Under the pieces are notes generated by a model. It did not search any database and was not told the DNA's origin. It saw only the letters and a list, made by a program, of their open reading frames with translations. A DNA stretch of 64,000 nucleotides from the human T2T-CHM13v2.0 reference genome, Homo sapiens. The position numbers and the translations under genes are program-made. Location of the stretch: the NCBI RefSeq assembly GCF_009914755.1, contig NC_060926.1. The stretch is one strand, 5' to 3'. Position 1 is the first letter of the stretch. Each line of letters begins with the position of its first letter. Shown here piece after piece: positions 1 through 14,469 of this stretch.

Positions 1-1265
1 CCTGAGTCCTTGCCTTTCGTTTGAACATGTTGTAGTAGATCTACTTTTTTGATGGGTGGAGGAAGAGTTTAACAATCTGAAAGATAAGATTAGTATGCTT
101 AAGTTCAGTTCTGATTCAGTCTTTAACCTACGTACTTTGAATTGTGGGCTGGTTAAAACTTGTAACATTCATCTTTTTATTTACCATGAAGTTTTCTTAC
201 ATAGTTGTTCCCTGTTTCCTGCAAAAGGGCCTCTTGAAATGGCCACCCCTACTAAATCTGCAGCAGAGTTGGCTTTTGTTATTTACTCCATACCCCTTTC
301 TGCAGGCACCTTGCTAAAGACTACAGTAGATGGGTACAAGGAGAGAAGGAGTATTTAGATCTGAGATGGGGATTAGGAAAAGAAAAGAGAAAAATGAACA
401 AGATAAAGATCTTGGAAGAGAACTTTTAAGTCAAAACATAATACTTTTACAAAGGTTGCCCTGCCCTTTCTCACAAGTGCGATAGAACACCAGTTCCACT
501 CAAGTTATGCCTTTAGCCTCTTATCTTAGAACTTAAAGGAGCCTGCAGAGTTTCCAAAGTTGGAATAATTGTTTTATGTTTCTTTTCAAAACACCCACAA
601 CAAATCAAATGTACTCCTTGCGTGGGTTTGGAATTAGCCACGGCACAGCTAATCTGTGGGATTCTTAGCCATTCTCTCCTCCCTCAATCCACACAGCTGG
701 CTTCCACCGTGGCCTTGTCAGCCCAGAGAACGTGTATCACCTGCACACATGCACACCCTACTTTCATGTCCTTCCATTTCTCCTTGAATTATGGACTTTC
801 TTGCATATATGGAATTAAGAGTACCCAGAATTCTCTGACCTGTGACTTCTCCCTCAAGGATTTGAAAGAGGGTGCATTAAACATCTGTGAGATTACATAT
901 ATCTACCAGCAGTTTCATTGTTTTAACCAAGTTCATGCCTCATTCTCTAAACAGGTTTTTTAAACTGATGGCTACAAATGCTGAGAAAATCTGTATATTT
1001 ACAGATTTCCAAACCTGGCCTTTATATCTTTCTGGTTACAGGGAAGTGTCTCAATCCAGGTACATCCATTTGATTTCTTGCCACGGCTTGTTGCCGTTGG
1101 GTGTGCATTTCCACCCCTTCTTTGGTGAGAGTAATAGACGCTGTGCTGTACAACACAGATGCTGCTTTTTCACATTGGAATTAGTTCCATATGACTTCCA
1201 GGAAACAGAGTTTGAAATGTGAATTCTACTTGTTATTCTGAATGTTGTTCTTTCTCCTTCCTCAG

Positions 1266-1377
1266 GCATTCCAGTGCCTCTCAAAGGCATACAAGTGTGA
1301 CACCCAGTCCAATTGTTGGGAGAAAGATATTACATCATTTAAGGAAGTTGTTCAAAGAGCCTTAGGACTTGCACATG
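1266..1377 (+). CDS. TTC27: TTC27 third-last coding exon ([37 protein letters not shown]-)
   Basis: Polypyrimidine tract and CTCAG acceptor end at 1265; 112-nt open exon; donor G|GTATTT at 1378; the phase-1 end joins the next exon in frame (G+TG = Val). Confidence 0.88.
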
Positions 1378-2149
1378 GTATTTGATGTAACATTTGATAT
1401 CCATGGAATGTTTTGACTTATTTTCTACTGACAGAAAAGAGTGTTGGTCAAAAGTAAAGTTCCATTATAAATAGTATCAAATTATTTCATTATATTGACA
1501 TTGTTGTATTTAATTCAGCAAACATTCATAGACCACCTACTATGTAATAGGCATTTTGAAATAAGAAGAAGAAACAGGATAGAGGCTTATATTCTGTTGG
1601 AGTAAGTAACAGAAATTGGAAACTTTTTTAGAGATGTGAAACATCTTTACAACTTTGTATAACCTTCATTCCACACTGAGTTTCACTGTATTGATTACAT
1701 AGCATTAAGGAAATCTGTTAATTTTAACTTGACTCACACATAGATCTCTGGGGTACATAGCAGTATGCAGAGCTGTAGCATATACAAAAGAAATATAAAA
1801 TAAAAGCCTTATCTTTGGGAAATGGTAGAGGATATTGTTTGAGGAAAGGTTTAACCTTACATATAAAATTATATGCCTGTTGGGTAAATATAGTCCAAAT
1901 AAGCATTGCTTTTAGTTATTAATTTTTAAAAATGCCAGTTAAATTTGGTAATGCATTTTTATATTTATATTTGAATATGGGTGTGTGATGCAGTTCCAAT
2001 AAAATAATGATGCCCCCAATGTTAAGAACTGAATCACAAAGACCTTACACCAATCCTAAAGTTCTCCTTCTACTTCCCTGCCTAACTAACTTCCTTGCTG
2101 CCACTAATAATTACAACAAATAGGGAGCAAACAAGGAAGAATGCAAAGG

Positions 2150-2330
2150 GCAGAGCTTTAAGATCAGGGAGACCTAAGCTCCAGGACCAGCTCTATCACA
2201 TGCTTGCTAGTTGACCTTGGGTAAATAATTTAACTTCTCTGAGCCTTACTTTCCTCATCAGTAAAATGGGATAATACCTACCCATGAAGAATAAATGAAA
2301 ACATTCAAACACTTAGCAGTATTTCACACA
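2150..2330 (+). mobile_element. MIR SINE
   Basis: MIR core: TGACCTTGGGTAAATAATTTAACTTCTCTGAGCCTTACTTTCCTCATCAGTAAAATGGGATAATA. Confidence 0.75.
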
Positions 2331-3339
2331 TGGTTTAGATATTAATACCCTACCCTCTCACCACCACCCTCTTCCTTCCAAAGTAGAGGACTTGAGCTAT
2401 AGATGATAAGGGACTCAAAACTAAAAAAACAAAAATTAAGAACAAGGATAAAGTTTGGCTTGCTTATAAAGAAGTCACAGAACATTCAGAAAATTTAGAA
2501 ATTAGCTTGGTAGTTGATAATTCTACTTTTGACCTTTGATATCTTTGACCTAAAGGATATAAATATCTAATTTCCTGGGTCACCAAGCACTTGGCAGAGA
2601 AGGTAGAAGTGCTGAGCTCTATATAGCTGAAAGTCAATGTAGAAAAGTTGGGGGTAATTGCTAATAGAGCCGTAGAAGGATGTTTTGGGGGTGGTTAGAA
2701 TTCATGTGGCTTCTACTGACCTCATGATGGGTGGGCTCAGTTGGGATCCAGTCCTTATGCTTTTGGTCTTTGTGGATATTGTATGATATTTGGGGAAACC
2801 CACACTGATGTATTAGGTACATAATTAGCAGGATGGGATTTACTTTGAAAAATTTATCTTATCTACTTCAACTTGCCAACTCTAAGCATTTCTATGAACT
2901 GCTCGTCTGTAACAGTCAAAGCCACGCTATTTTCTGAACTCACCAAGTAATGGTATTAAACCTGTCAAAGAGAGATATGCAGGTTAAAGAGATACTCTAG
3001 GAAAAATCTTTATTTTGCATCTTAAAGTTGGGTTTAAACTGTTATTGGCATTATTTTCTTCATCAGGGCAATACTTGGAGAAAAACAAGTGTCCATTCTT
3101 TTAAGTTCTCCTCTGACATCATTGAATTATGTGTTCATGCTCCTACAACATTTTAAGCGTATTTGAGTGGATGCCCAGCTTTCGTTTCTGATGATATTTT
3201 AGATTTACAAAGATAAATCTTAATCATTTCCTTGTTACTTTTGTACCTTAGTGCAGAAAGAATAAGCTGGATTTCTCTGTGTATGAGTCTCTTCAAAACA
3301 TTGTTCCTCCACCCCACCCAATTATAAAAAGGAAATACA

Positions 3340-3676
3340 ATCAAGCATCCCATAGCAACATTTTGGTCACCAGTGGACCCACATATATGACAGTGGCCCC
3401 ATAATATTGTAAAACCATATTTTTACTGTACCTTCCCAATGTTTAGATAGACAAATACTTACCATTGTGTTCTGATTGCCTGCAGTGTTCAGTACAGTCA
3501 CATGCTGTACAGGGTTGTAGCCTAGGAGTAGTAGGCTATATACCATGTAGCTAGGTGCATAGTAGGCTATACCATCTAGGTTTGTGTAAGTACACCCTAT
3601 GATGTTCTCACAACAACAAAATTGCCTCACCACACATTTCTTACACCGTATCCCCATCATTAAGTGATGCATGACT
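3340..3676 (+). mobile_element. Tigger3 (TcMar-Tigger) non-autonomous DNA transposon
   Basis: GGACCCACATATATGACAGTGG...GTAGCCTAGGAGTAGTAGGCTATA...TAAGTGATGCATGACTG matches the Tigger3 body and 3' TIR. Confidence 0.75.
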
Positions 3677-3939
3677 GAATAACATTTTTAAAAATCTCCA
3701 CATGGTTTACTCCTTGGGTTGCTATCATTAAGGTAGCCATGCACTTCAGAAAGCTTGATAAGATATTGCGACCTTGACATAGTATTTGAGGCCTCCCTAT
3801 AACAATGTCATCATTGTGTGCTCATTTGTATTGTCTGGAAGGTATACATTTATAGTTTCTGCTATTTGATTTTCTGGGAAAGGGTGGGCTAAAGTGTTTC
3901 AGCTCTTTGCCATCCAGGAGTTTTTAAAATAAGAGTTAA

Positions 3940-4268
<329 letters not shown>

Positions 4269-4797
4269 CAGATTTTCTGATGATTTGAAACAGCAAGTTA
4301 TTTCTCTCCCTCTAGCTGTCTGTCTCTATCTCAGTCTATAATGCCTTTTGGAAATGGGATTGAGTAGGAAAACTAATAGAGTATATCTGTCTTTTTGCTT
4401 TACTTTTGTTTTTGTCAGAATGAAAATAAGGGATTAAAAAAGAAATACAGCAGTTTCTGATCTAAACTGCTGGGTACTAAACAGCTCAAATACCGCTGCC
4501 ATGGTGGTTACAACTTTCCTCTACTAAGAGAAACAGATTAATAATCCCCGCTATCTCTGGGCTAACTCTGCCTTTTGAAAATGGGCTTAACATTGCTAAT
4601 TATTATGCATCCTCTCACCCTTTAATGAGAAATGTCAAAGTCTAATTATTATTCCTCATTATTACTCTAAGATAGGAATGTCAAACCTAGTTCTTGCTGG
4701 CCTTGGAAGATATTAATTAATGACAGAACTCTGTTTTGCCAGGCACAGGCAGCCTCTACCGATTGATTAGTCTTTGCGTGCAAAAAGAAATCTATTG

Positions 4798-5101
<304 letters not shown>

Positions 5102-5876
5102 CTATCCTTGGTCTACAATCTAGAGTATAAAGTAGACTTTAATCCTTGCGCTGTTTAGTGTCATTTTAAAGGAGTATCTGATTATTGGTCTGTTTGAATT
5201 TAGTGAGCATAATTTAGGGAACAAAACCAAGAACAAGCCAGTGGGGAAATATTGGGCATTATGTTTGTACAAAGCTCTTCACTCGTTCTCATAAAGCATT
5301 AATAGCCAGGCCTTCTACCAGGAAGAACGATGCCTTCTTCGTAGTTTCAGGTTTTGGGAAAATGAGTTCCCCAGAATGCTGGGAGCAGAGTTGTGATTCA
5401 CTCTTGCCCATTCCCTGCTGATGCCAAGCCTTGCTCAGGAACTTAAGAACCTGGTTGTGGTCGCGTTCTCTACATGAAGACACATGGGTTGCTGTCAGTG
5501 CTTCCTGAATGGTGCTTCAAACCCTGATTATGAAAATGCAGTAAGAATTGAGCTGTACAGATCTGGCATGTCACTTCCTTGGGCTTGTGTCATCAGCAGT
5601 TGTGAAGTCCCCATTGGGGACTTGGTAGCATGGAAAGCCACACAAAGATGTGCTGCATCTGTTTTTGTCTGTGTGGGTACTTTGTTTTCAATAATATTTT
5701 GTCTCCTTGCCTAATTTTATTTGTCTATGCACATGTGTGCGTGTGTGTGCTCGAATGCATGCGTGTATATGTGTTTAGGGTCTCTTCCCAGTGATCCGTA
5801 ACTCACCAAAAATCACCTGTTTTTCCCAAAATTCCCTGGAGCAGTAAATTACCATTCTTAAAGAAGGATAGAGAAA

Positions 5877-6040
5877 GGCCAGGTGCAATGGCTGACACCT
5901 GTAATCTCAGTGCTTTGGGAGGCTGCAGCAGGAGACTAGCTTGAGGCCAGTAGTTCAAGGCTGTATGCCACACCTCCAGACTGAGCGACAGGGTGAGACC
6001 CTGTATCTTAAAAAAAAAAAAGAAGAAGAAGAAGAAGAAG
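5877..6040 (+). mobile_element. Alu monomer (FLAM-like) with an A/(GAA)n tail
   Basis: Single-arm Alu; degenerate TSD AAGAAGGATA. Confidence 0.75.
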
Positions 6041-6178
6041 GATAAAGGGAAAAGCTATGTACATAATTATTATTCTTTTTCAACAATAAAAACTTTCCAG
6101 GTAGAAGTGTTTCTAAAGTATGTTACTATAAAAATTCTAATTAAATAATTGGCTTTTGTACCTGTGAATTATTATTAA

Positions 6179-6355
<177 letters not shown>

Positions 6356-6534
6356 TAGAAAAAGGTCATTAGTATCAGCTTATTGCTGTTAAATCTTCTT
6401 TTACATCAGTGATAATTTTAGGCGCATGTTTTATTTAATATAGCAGCCCCCTCATGGTTGGTTGTGTTGTGAGGATACTATTGGCCTAATGGATAGACCA
6501 CTCTAAATGTGTATGACTTAAGAGTCTTTGAAAT

Positions 6535-6857
<323 letters not shown>

Positions 6858-7224
6858 TCAGCCCTTAATGCTTTCCTTAAATTAAAATAAAACAATGCTC
6901 TTGTATTTATTGTCATTTTCCCCCAAAGTGTGGCATATATGCTACTGGTAAACTTCTGGTTTAAATATATATTCATTTCAGTACATATTAGAAAAAAAGC
7001 AGACTAGCTCATCAAGCCTATAATTTCATGAATATTATTGCTTATTTTGTATTTAAAGTTGCAATGTAATGTTTCCTTTTAGAAAGACTCTTAAGTAAAA
7101 AAATTGACTTAGATAAAAATATTAAGTAGGTCGTATATGGATGTGAGCAAAATTGTTAAGGTAGATGGCTATTGAGGTTTGACAACTGAAATACGCCATT
7201 AGTTCACAAAAACTAACTTGTGTA

Positions 7225-7390
7225 CCAGTGCTGGGCCAGAGATGCCTAAGAATCACTCAGGGAGCTTTATTGAAGACTGGATTGATTCTTGGGCTCTATC
7301 TGTGACCGATGTAGATTCAGGTCTGGGATGGACCCAGGAAATCTGTTGAATTTCCTATGTGATTTTACTCTGCAGCCAGGTTTGGATTAT
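7225..7390. mobile_element. MER5-like hAT-Charlie MITE
   Basis: AATCACTCAGGGAGCTT...GATTCAGGTCTGGGATGGACCCAGGAAATCTG...TGCAGCCAGGTTTG. Confidence 0.55.
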
Positions 7391-9577
7391 ACCTCTGGAA
7401 GCAAAATTTGGACAAATATAACTTCTAGCACAATTTAGCACTTACTTTTCTAGCCTTTACTTGCTTTCACTATTGCATCTTGGGTTGCAAAGTAATTTTG
7501 ACTTACTTCCGAGAGTAAGTCTCTGGCACAGGGAGGCCATTTCTGAATACCTTTTTACTCTGTAACCGCCTTTCTGAGTATTTTTTTGTTCTTATTAATG
7601 GTTTGATCTTTTCAGATCAAGGCATCATTTTTGCCTCTTTAAATAATTAACTTACTTCACTTTTCCTATTTATCTGCATGACCCAGGAGAACTATATTTC
7701 CTCCTAGCTTGGCAGCACAACTTCAAAATTGTGTCTCTCGGAAATCTATAAGAGCCCCCTCAAAGTCAGAGCAGCAGGGTTTTTTCCTGTGACTTTCCTT
7801 CCCAAAGTGGGAGCTTTGTTTCCTACTTTTGATCAGTGATCTAATCAAAGTAGTTTACTTCTACTACTACCACAGTAGTTTACTTCTTCAGGGTATACTG
7901 TGGCTTCCTTTTGTCTGTGCAAAGCTTTTTCTTACAAATTACTACTTTATGTAATCTATACTTGCATGACTTGAATAGTATTGTCTGTGCAGGTACTGCA
8001 CACCTTCCCATATTATGGTAGATTCCCACATAATGAAAATGCGGCCCCAGAACATCATCTGTGTTTAGATTTTCATTCTCATTAGATGCCAACTGGATTA
8101 TCCAAAAATGGGAAAAATTACCTCCCAGTGCCTCCTCTGAAGCATATTTCACATATATTTGGGAGTCTCTGGTTTCGTAGATCTTATGCCTTTTCTATTT
8201 AATGAATTAGGTTTGTCAAACTGAATTGCATTCCAAAAAAGTCACTTTTTTAGAATACTTTAAAAAGTGAAAATGAAGATTGAAAATGAATGAGGATAAC
8301 TATGTTAAATTGCTTGCAGCCTATGTTAAATAGGCTTAATTGAATGAATCTCAGGTCTTTTCTTGCCAGGCCAGGGACTTCATGGAAATAAGCTCCTAGT
8401 ACCTAGAGACTCACCTAACAAATCATCCAGTCCATGCTCTCCCAGGACAGAGTGACTCCCCTGCCCATTTGCACCCTGTCCTTGTACAGGTTTGCTGCCA
8501 AGAGTGGCATGAAGGGGCTGTTCATGAGAGTGCTGGAGAGCCTGGACACAGAACAGATTTGACCCCTTACAGTCTTTGGGACTCTCAGCAAATTATTCAC
8601 TTTTTTCTAAGCCTCAGTTTCTCCGTGCTTCCTCCTTACCCCACAGGGAAGTGATGCCGATTGATTATGATTTGCAAGCACTGTAATTCTTAGTTTAAAA
8701 ACGCACACACAAAAACCAAAAAAACTATGTGAGGCTAGGTTATTTTCCTAAAAGGTGTTTTCTCTGCTGATGACATTGGAGCAGTTCCTACTTCATTTTG
8801 TTATGAAATGCTGTACAAATCATGTAGTCAAATCCAGTGAAACAGATATTTGGCAAGCTACATAAATGATATTTCTGAATAAAACATATACACAGTCGCA
8901 TGTACACACGTGCACATGTGTGCACACATACACATACCATGGGGTCATAAAATCCTGAAGTTGATTTTCTTGGGGGCCTATGTTGGCTCAGCAGGCAGTT
9001 CCTGGAGAGGCATTTCCAAATGTTTTCAGCTGTGGTAGCATGATTGAAATATGTTGCAATAAACCTCCCAAGGCAATTCCTTTTTCAGGGAGAGGACACA
9101 GTTATTTTTATTTTGCTGGACTTTTTTGCTAGGATAATCTTTGTGGTCTCTGAGGCCTAAGCGAAATTAATTTTCAAGTAAGTAGCATAAAGGGTATGAT
9201 TTATATGAATTTGAACATAGAATATATTTGTTTTGCCTGCATACACAATAAATAAAGTCATTTTGTTTAGTTGAATTATGTCTGTTCATTCAAAAACCAT
9301 CCTATAACATTGAAATGAATAATGAGAATTTAGGCAAATGCGTTGAAGAGCAGAGCTCATTTGAATTTATAAGTTCAGGCATGTTGTTTTGATTCACCCT
9401 TTAATTATTTTAGCTTGTACATTTCTTGGCTAGTGAACAGAAAAAAATGCTACCATTGCTATTATAATTGTATAGTATTATTATGCAAAAGGTTTTTTAA
9501 CTCTATACTCTGTATCTATTTTATTTTAAAGAAATTTGTGTTGTTTTAATACTTCTGCTTTGTTTTTTATATTACAG

Positions 9578-9700
9578 CAACTTTTTACAGATGTGGCAAC
9601 TGGAGAAATGTCCAGGGAATTAGCTGATGACATAACAGCTATGGACACCTTAGTGACAGAGCTCCAAGACCTAAGCAACCAGTTTCGAAATCAGTATTGA
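9578..9700 (+). CDS. TTC27: TTC27 last coding exon ([40 protein letters not shown])
   Basis: T-rich tract and TACAG| acceptor end at 9577; 40 codons plus TGA at 9698-9700; in frame with the previous exon; peptide recognised as the TTC27 C-terminus. Confidence 0.88.
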   Translation, partial: QLFTDVATGEMSRELADDITAMDTLVTELQDLSNQFRNQY

Positions 9701-9790
9701 TTCTGCTGGAAGCAGATTCTGGAAAAGGTGCTTTCACCTGCTGGTAAAAGATACATCTGTATATCTGAAATGCAAGATATTGATTTTTAA

Positions 9791-9796
9791 AATAAA
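9791..9796 (+). terminator. TTC27: TTC27 polyadenylation signal AATAAA (short 3' UTR of ~110 nt)
   Basis: AATAAA 90 nt after the stop, followed by a GU/U-rich downstream element (TTGGTTTTGTGATGTTTT at ~9819-9836). Confidence 0.8.
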
Positions 9797-12176
9797 TTTG
9801 TTTTATGACTTAACATTCTTGGTTTTGTGATGTTTTCAATTTTATATGCTTTCTGAAGTATATTAAATTTTTAAAACTCCCTATTTCGTTAGGTCTAATT
9901 ATAGTTGAGTTCAGTATTTTTATTCTTGAGGTATTTTGGCACAAAGAGCAATTAAATTAATTTTGTTTTTAATATAGTGTTTATTCTCTTTCAACCTAAC
10001 ATTAATTGGATCATACTTTGGAAAACCTTTTGTCTAAACAGGTGAAAATCACGTACTACAAGTTTGTGAAATCATTAGATTGACTGCTTTATTGTTCAAA
10101 AGTGATAAAAGAGTGGACTTGGAGCTAGAAACATTTATGTTTCTTGAGATTTTGTGCTTGTTTCAGAAAGATACAGACTTGGCGAAATTGGAAATGTGAG
10201 CATGGTTTAACTTCTAAATCAAGAAAATGCAAGAAAAAAATGGCATAACCTAAATTTTTGCTTAGTTACTAGGAACTAGGCTGTTACCCCTTCATTATGT
10301 ATACAACCGGCCCCAAAGATAGTTGTTTAATTAGGGTATTATGGGTGAAGACAGCTATTAATGGTGCCATATTACAGAAATGCGAAAGTAAAATGCTTTC
10401 AATGTCTATGGAGCCAAATATTGAAGGCAGCAGCTGAGCTTAATAATCTTAGTACAAAAGTCATAGTGAGGAATTCTAAGTCCTGGCTTGGGTTGCTACA
10501 TTTTGGGTCCCATGTATAAATCACTTGGCCCTTTTTTTTTTTTCCATGTTCTTATATATAAGATGTAAATAATTTCTACTCGTAGCCTCTTTGTGAGTTT
10601 CAATTGCCTTTGGAAACTTAAAAATTCATAATCCATTAAGTATCCTGAACATTTAAAAACCATCTTTAAAAAACCCTTTTATTAGTGAATTTTGATTATG
10701 AATGCTTACCAGTGCTAAATGCTCTCATTTCTTAACCACTGCTTCTTTTCTATTAGCATATTGCCTTAAAAAGAAGTTGGCATATGCCCCAAAGCAGTTT
10801 CTCTTATAGCAGAGACAATACCTGTGAGAAAGACCAATAAAATGAGTTAACATTAAGGGTCTACATAAACCTTTTATAGAAGTCATTGAGGAATAGATGG
10901 GTGAATGGATGGGTGGATGCTTGAATGGGTGGATGGAACAAGATTTTAAGATTAATTTTTATTAGTATCAAGCTGTGAACCCTAATAGAAAGTGGACAGA
11001 AAATAAATACTGAAAAGGACAATCATTTCAGCAGTCAAGTAGAAGACTGAAGTAGAGCATCAAAGTTGTAGAAGTTTTTGGTCTTCAGTTTGCTTTCCTT
11101 GGGTTCAAGGTAGAAAGGCATCAGTGATTGTGAGAAGTCACAAACCAAGTCACAGAAGAGCTATCTCCTTGCAGTCATGTTCTCCAATGCTGTGCTGGAC
11201 AAAATCAAAGTAATATATATATTACTCTTTTATCTTGGAGTGATCTCACAAAAGTGAGAGCTACTAGATGTTTTCTTTAAAGGCATAGACCTATTATTAT
11301 TATTATTTTTTAATCTTACTTAGGTGAGTGTTTAAGATAATTGAAGAAAATGTGTGGGGAGGTAAAGTAGGGAAAGCTTGGGGTTTTCTAAAAGCCTCAT
11401 CTCTGCTACCTAACATTTAATATTTAATTTAGCTACTTGGTTTTTTCATCTGACAAATGAGTGTGATGATAATAGTACTTTTCATCAAGTTGTTCCTATC
11501 TCTTAAAAAACATTTTCACCTAGCCTCAGAGTTAGTGATACAGAATCTGTATACACTCCAGCCTGGGTGACAGAGCAAGACCCTGTTTCAAAAAACAAAA
11601 AGCAAAAAACCTTAAAACAATGCTGTATTATTTATTATACGATCTTTGGTGCTTTGTGTTGATATATTATGGTTAAATGCTTGTGTTTCCAAATGCCTTA
11701 TGTTTTATAAGTTTCACTTTGGTTTCCAATTATTAACACTTTTGCTTTCAGAATTATTCTTTTGCTTTTCCAATTAGAAAAATAGAAAAGATGTGATTCT
11801 TTAATCTTACTGCCTTCCCAGAGTGTGAATAATAATTATAATAGCTACAAGTTATTGAGTTCTCACTATGTACCAGGCATTTCACCTGGCATCATCTTTG
11901 ACCATCAAAAGAGCCCTGCTAGGTCTGTTCGTGATATCACTAGAAAACTAAGGGTCACAAACTCTAGAAAGAGAAAGAGCCAGGATTTGAAGACTACTAA
12001 AGCCTGCATTGTTTCTGCTTTCGCTGAAGCTTCCAGTTGACCACTGATTTCAATCTTCTCTTTCTAATAATGGGATCTGGACAGTTTGCCCAGCATCATT
12101 TATAAAGTTCTCCAAGAGAAATTCTGTGAGGTCTCTGTTAATAATAGCCTGTGGTTTGTTAAGATTATTTACTCTT

Positions 12177-12463
12177 GGCCGGGCACGGTGGCTCACGCCT
12201 GTAATCCCAGCACTTTGGGAGGCCGAGGCGGGTGAATCACCTGAGGTCAGGAGTTCAAGACCAGTGTGGCCAACATGGTGAAACCCTGTCTCTAATAAAA
12301 ATACAAAAAAATTAGCCGAGCATGGCGGTGGGTGCCTGTAATCCCAGCTACTCAGGAGGCTGAGGCAGGACAATCGCTTGAACCCGGGAGGCGGAGGTTT
12401 CAGTGAGCCGAGATTGCGCCACTACACTCCAGTCTGGGCAACAAGAGCAAAACTCCATTTCAA

Positions 12464-12503
<40 letters not shown>

Positions 12504-12504
12504 T
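12177..12504 (+). mobile_element. AluS with a poly(A)-(AT)n tail
   Basis: Full dimer; TSD ATTTACTCTT. Confidence 0.9.
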
Positions 12505-13567
12505 GTAATTTACTCTTTTTGAATAAAAAGTTTTAATAAATTCCTCACCAGCTTTTCCCCAGAGGTAGCATAATAAGCATAGTAAATGGGGCCCCTAACT
12601 GCAAAAGAGAGAAGATAGGCTTCAGTGGAATACCTAAATGCAAACTCAAGAAGCTTGCAGCGATGGTATTGAGACTGGAAGGCAGAGCAGTGGCCGTGTG
12701 TTGAGAGGTGGGAGCAGGTGGGACTCAGAGCTCAGATTCCCAGAGTGGACGTTGAAGTCCCCATTTAGGGGTGGAAGGCTTGGACCCACCTAGGATGGAG
12801 CCTTAGCACAGATGAGGACACAGCCATTGAAAGCATCGACTTATTTGACTGTGTTATCAAGACTGTTCTTATGCTGTACTTGTTTCTCTTGGGCATGCCA
12901 TTAGTGTGGTATTCATAAGCAGAAATGTAAAAAAGAAATGACAAGAAGTATGTGTAGTAAATCCACCTACTTTCCAGACTTAGTTCAAAGATTATGACCT
13001 AAGCAGAGGTCTGGTTAGTTTAGGCTTTGTGAACGTTTGTCCAAATTATAGTAGGTTTACTAGCTAAAAACCCTGGGTGAGTCTGATGAAAAGTATTTCT
13101 TTTTTTCCATTGCTGTTTTTGTAACATCCACATCAATCTAAATTGCTGTTTAGATAAGGTAACTCTACTTTACTGGCCAAGAGTGAGGAATAAAATCTGT
13201 TAAGTGGATGCAACACACTTCCTTTCTGCCTATTCATTCAAAAGGCCCTATAGTGAAATGGCAAAGAGCCTTTATTCAAATGGTGGGTGCCATGCTGTGG
13301 TAATACAGATGGATTTTTCACAACATGCAGAAGTGCTTATAAATAGATACGTTTCAATCAACAAGTAGCTTATTCAGGCATGTGCTCAAATATAGTAGCT
13401 GCATTCATTAGACAGACATTTCCACTAATCCCAAGACTATACTAATAAAAGAGTAATCCCTTATGGGCTAAAGGTGGTGCTGGTTTGCTTTTAACTCTTG
13501 GAGTCCTTCACACACCAAGGCCTAATAATAATTGTAGCTGTATTTGGTTTTCACCAAGTGAACTTAA

Positions 13568-13697
13568 CCCATTTATGCCGGAGGTTGCAATTTTTAAAAT
13601 TTTTGCAATCAGAGCTTGGTGATGACCTTGAGCAGTAGAATATAAATAACTCTCACACGCTTAGCGTTCCGATAATGGAACACTAAGCATAAATGGG
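13568..13697 (-). mobile_element. MER85 piggyBac (PGBD3-derived) MITE, intact
   Basis: 130 bp; TIRs CCCATTTATGC / GCATAAATGGG; TTAA on both sides (13564-13567, 13698-13701); internal palindrome GTTCCGATAATGGAAC at 13666-13681. Confidence 0.93.
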
Positions 13698-14138
13698 TTA
13701 AAAGCCGAGCTTATCTTGGAATTTTTCTATTCTTATTTTTTTAAATTGCAGGAGCTTAGTGAAGAAAGAGGTGCTTTTTACTCTAGATATGTAGCTTTCA
13801 GCAAAGCCAATTCAAAAATCAGTTTGTGTGTGTGTATGTTTTCTCGATACTTTATCATAAAGCACTTGTCTCTTTCACCTTGGTTCATAGAAGTGTTCGC
13901 TTGAGCAGATTCTGTTTTGTTCTTTGATGTTAGGATAAATAACAATGGTCAGTTTTGAGAGCATTTGCAAGCTCTCACTATAGTGGTTTGCCTTTTTACG
14001 TGGACTTTTTCCCCTTCAATAGCTCTTTACTCCTCCTATGTTACTCAGAGCTAGCTGTAATCCGTTTGCTTAGCACAACACCAAAATCTTTCCCTTGCCA
14101 GTGGTGTCAAATCTGCCTTCCTTTTTATTATTCTGACT

Positions 14139-14277
14139 TATAAACTGCAGTGACCTCTGAGTCAACTTCGCCATCTCTTGGCCCTGTGCCAACATTGTGT
14201 TCTGTGAAAAGAGAGTCCTGCCAAGGGCTACGAGGCAGAAAACTGATATTATTAAAGTGGTCTTCTGAACGGTAAGT
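14139..14277 (+). ncRNA. Candidate promoter and first exon of a + strand lncRNA (probably LINC00486)
   Basis: TATAAA at 14139-14144, AP-1 TGAGTCA at 14158-14164, consensus donor G|GTAAGT at 14272-14277; no ORF. The position ~4.4 kb past the TTC27 end matches my unverified recollection of LINC00486. Confidence 0.5.
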
Positions 14278-14469
14278 ATCAGCCATTTTCTAATCTTTTG
14301 TGATGTTATTGCCAGAAAGGGGGAGGGGGGGGTAAATCATGTTAATGTTGTTAAGGATCTAACCCATGCATTGCTAACTTTTTCCAGATCGAGGGCTCAG
14401 ATGCACATCAGTATCTATAGGCACACAGAAATTATTGCACAGCGCTGTTCACAGACAGATGTGCTTCTT

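Noticed and set aside
56-1222. Three 100-113 aa ORFs at the window start
   Set aside because: Intronic to TTC27, non-ATG starts, no recognisable domain; the real exon is 1266-1377.
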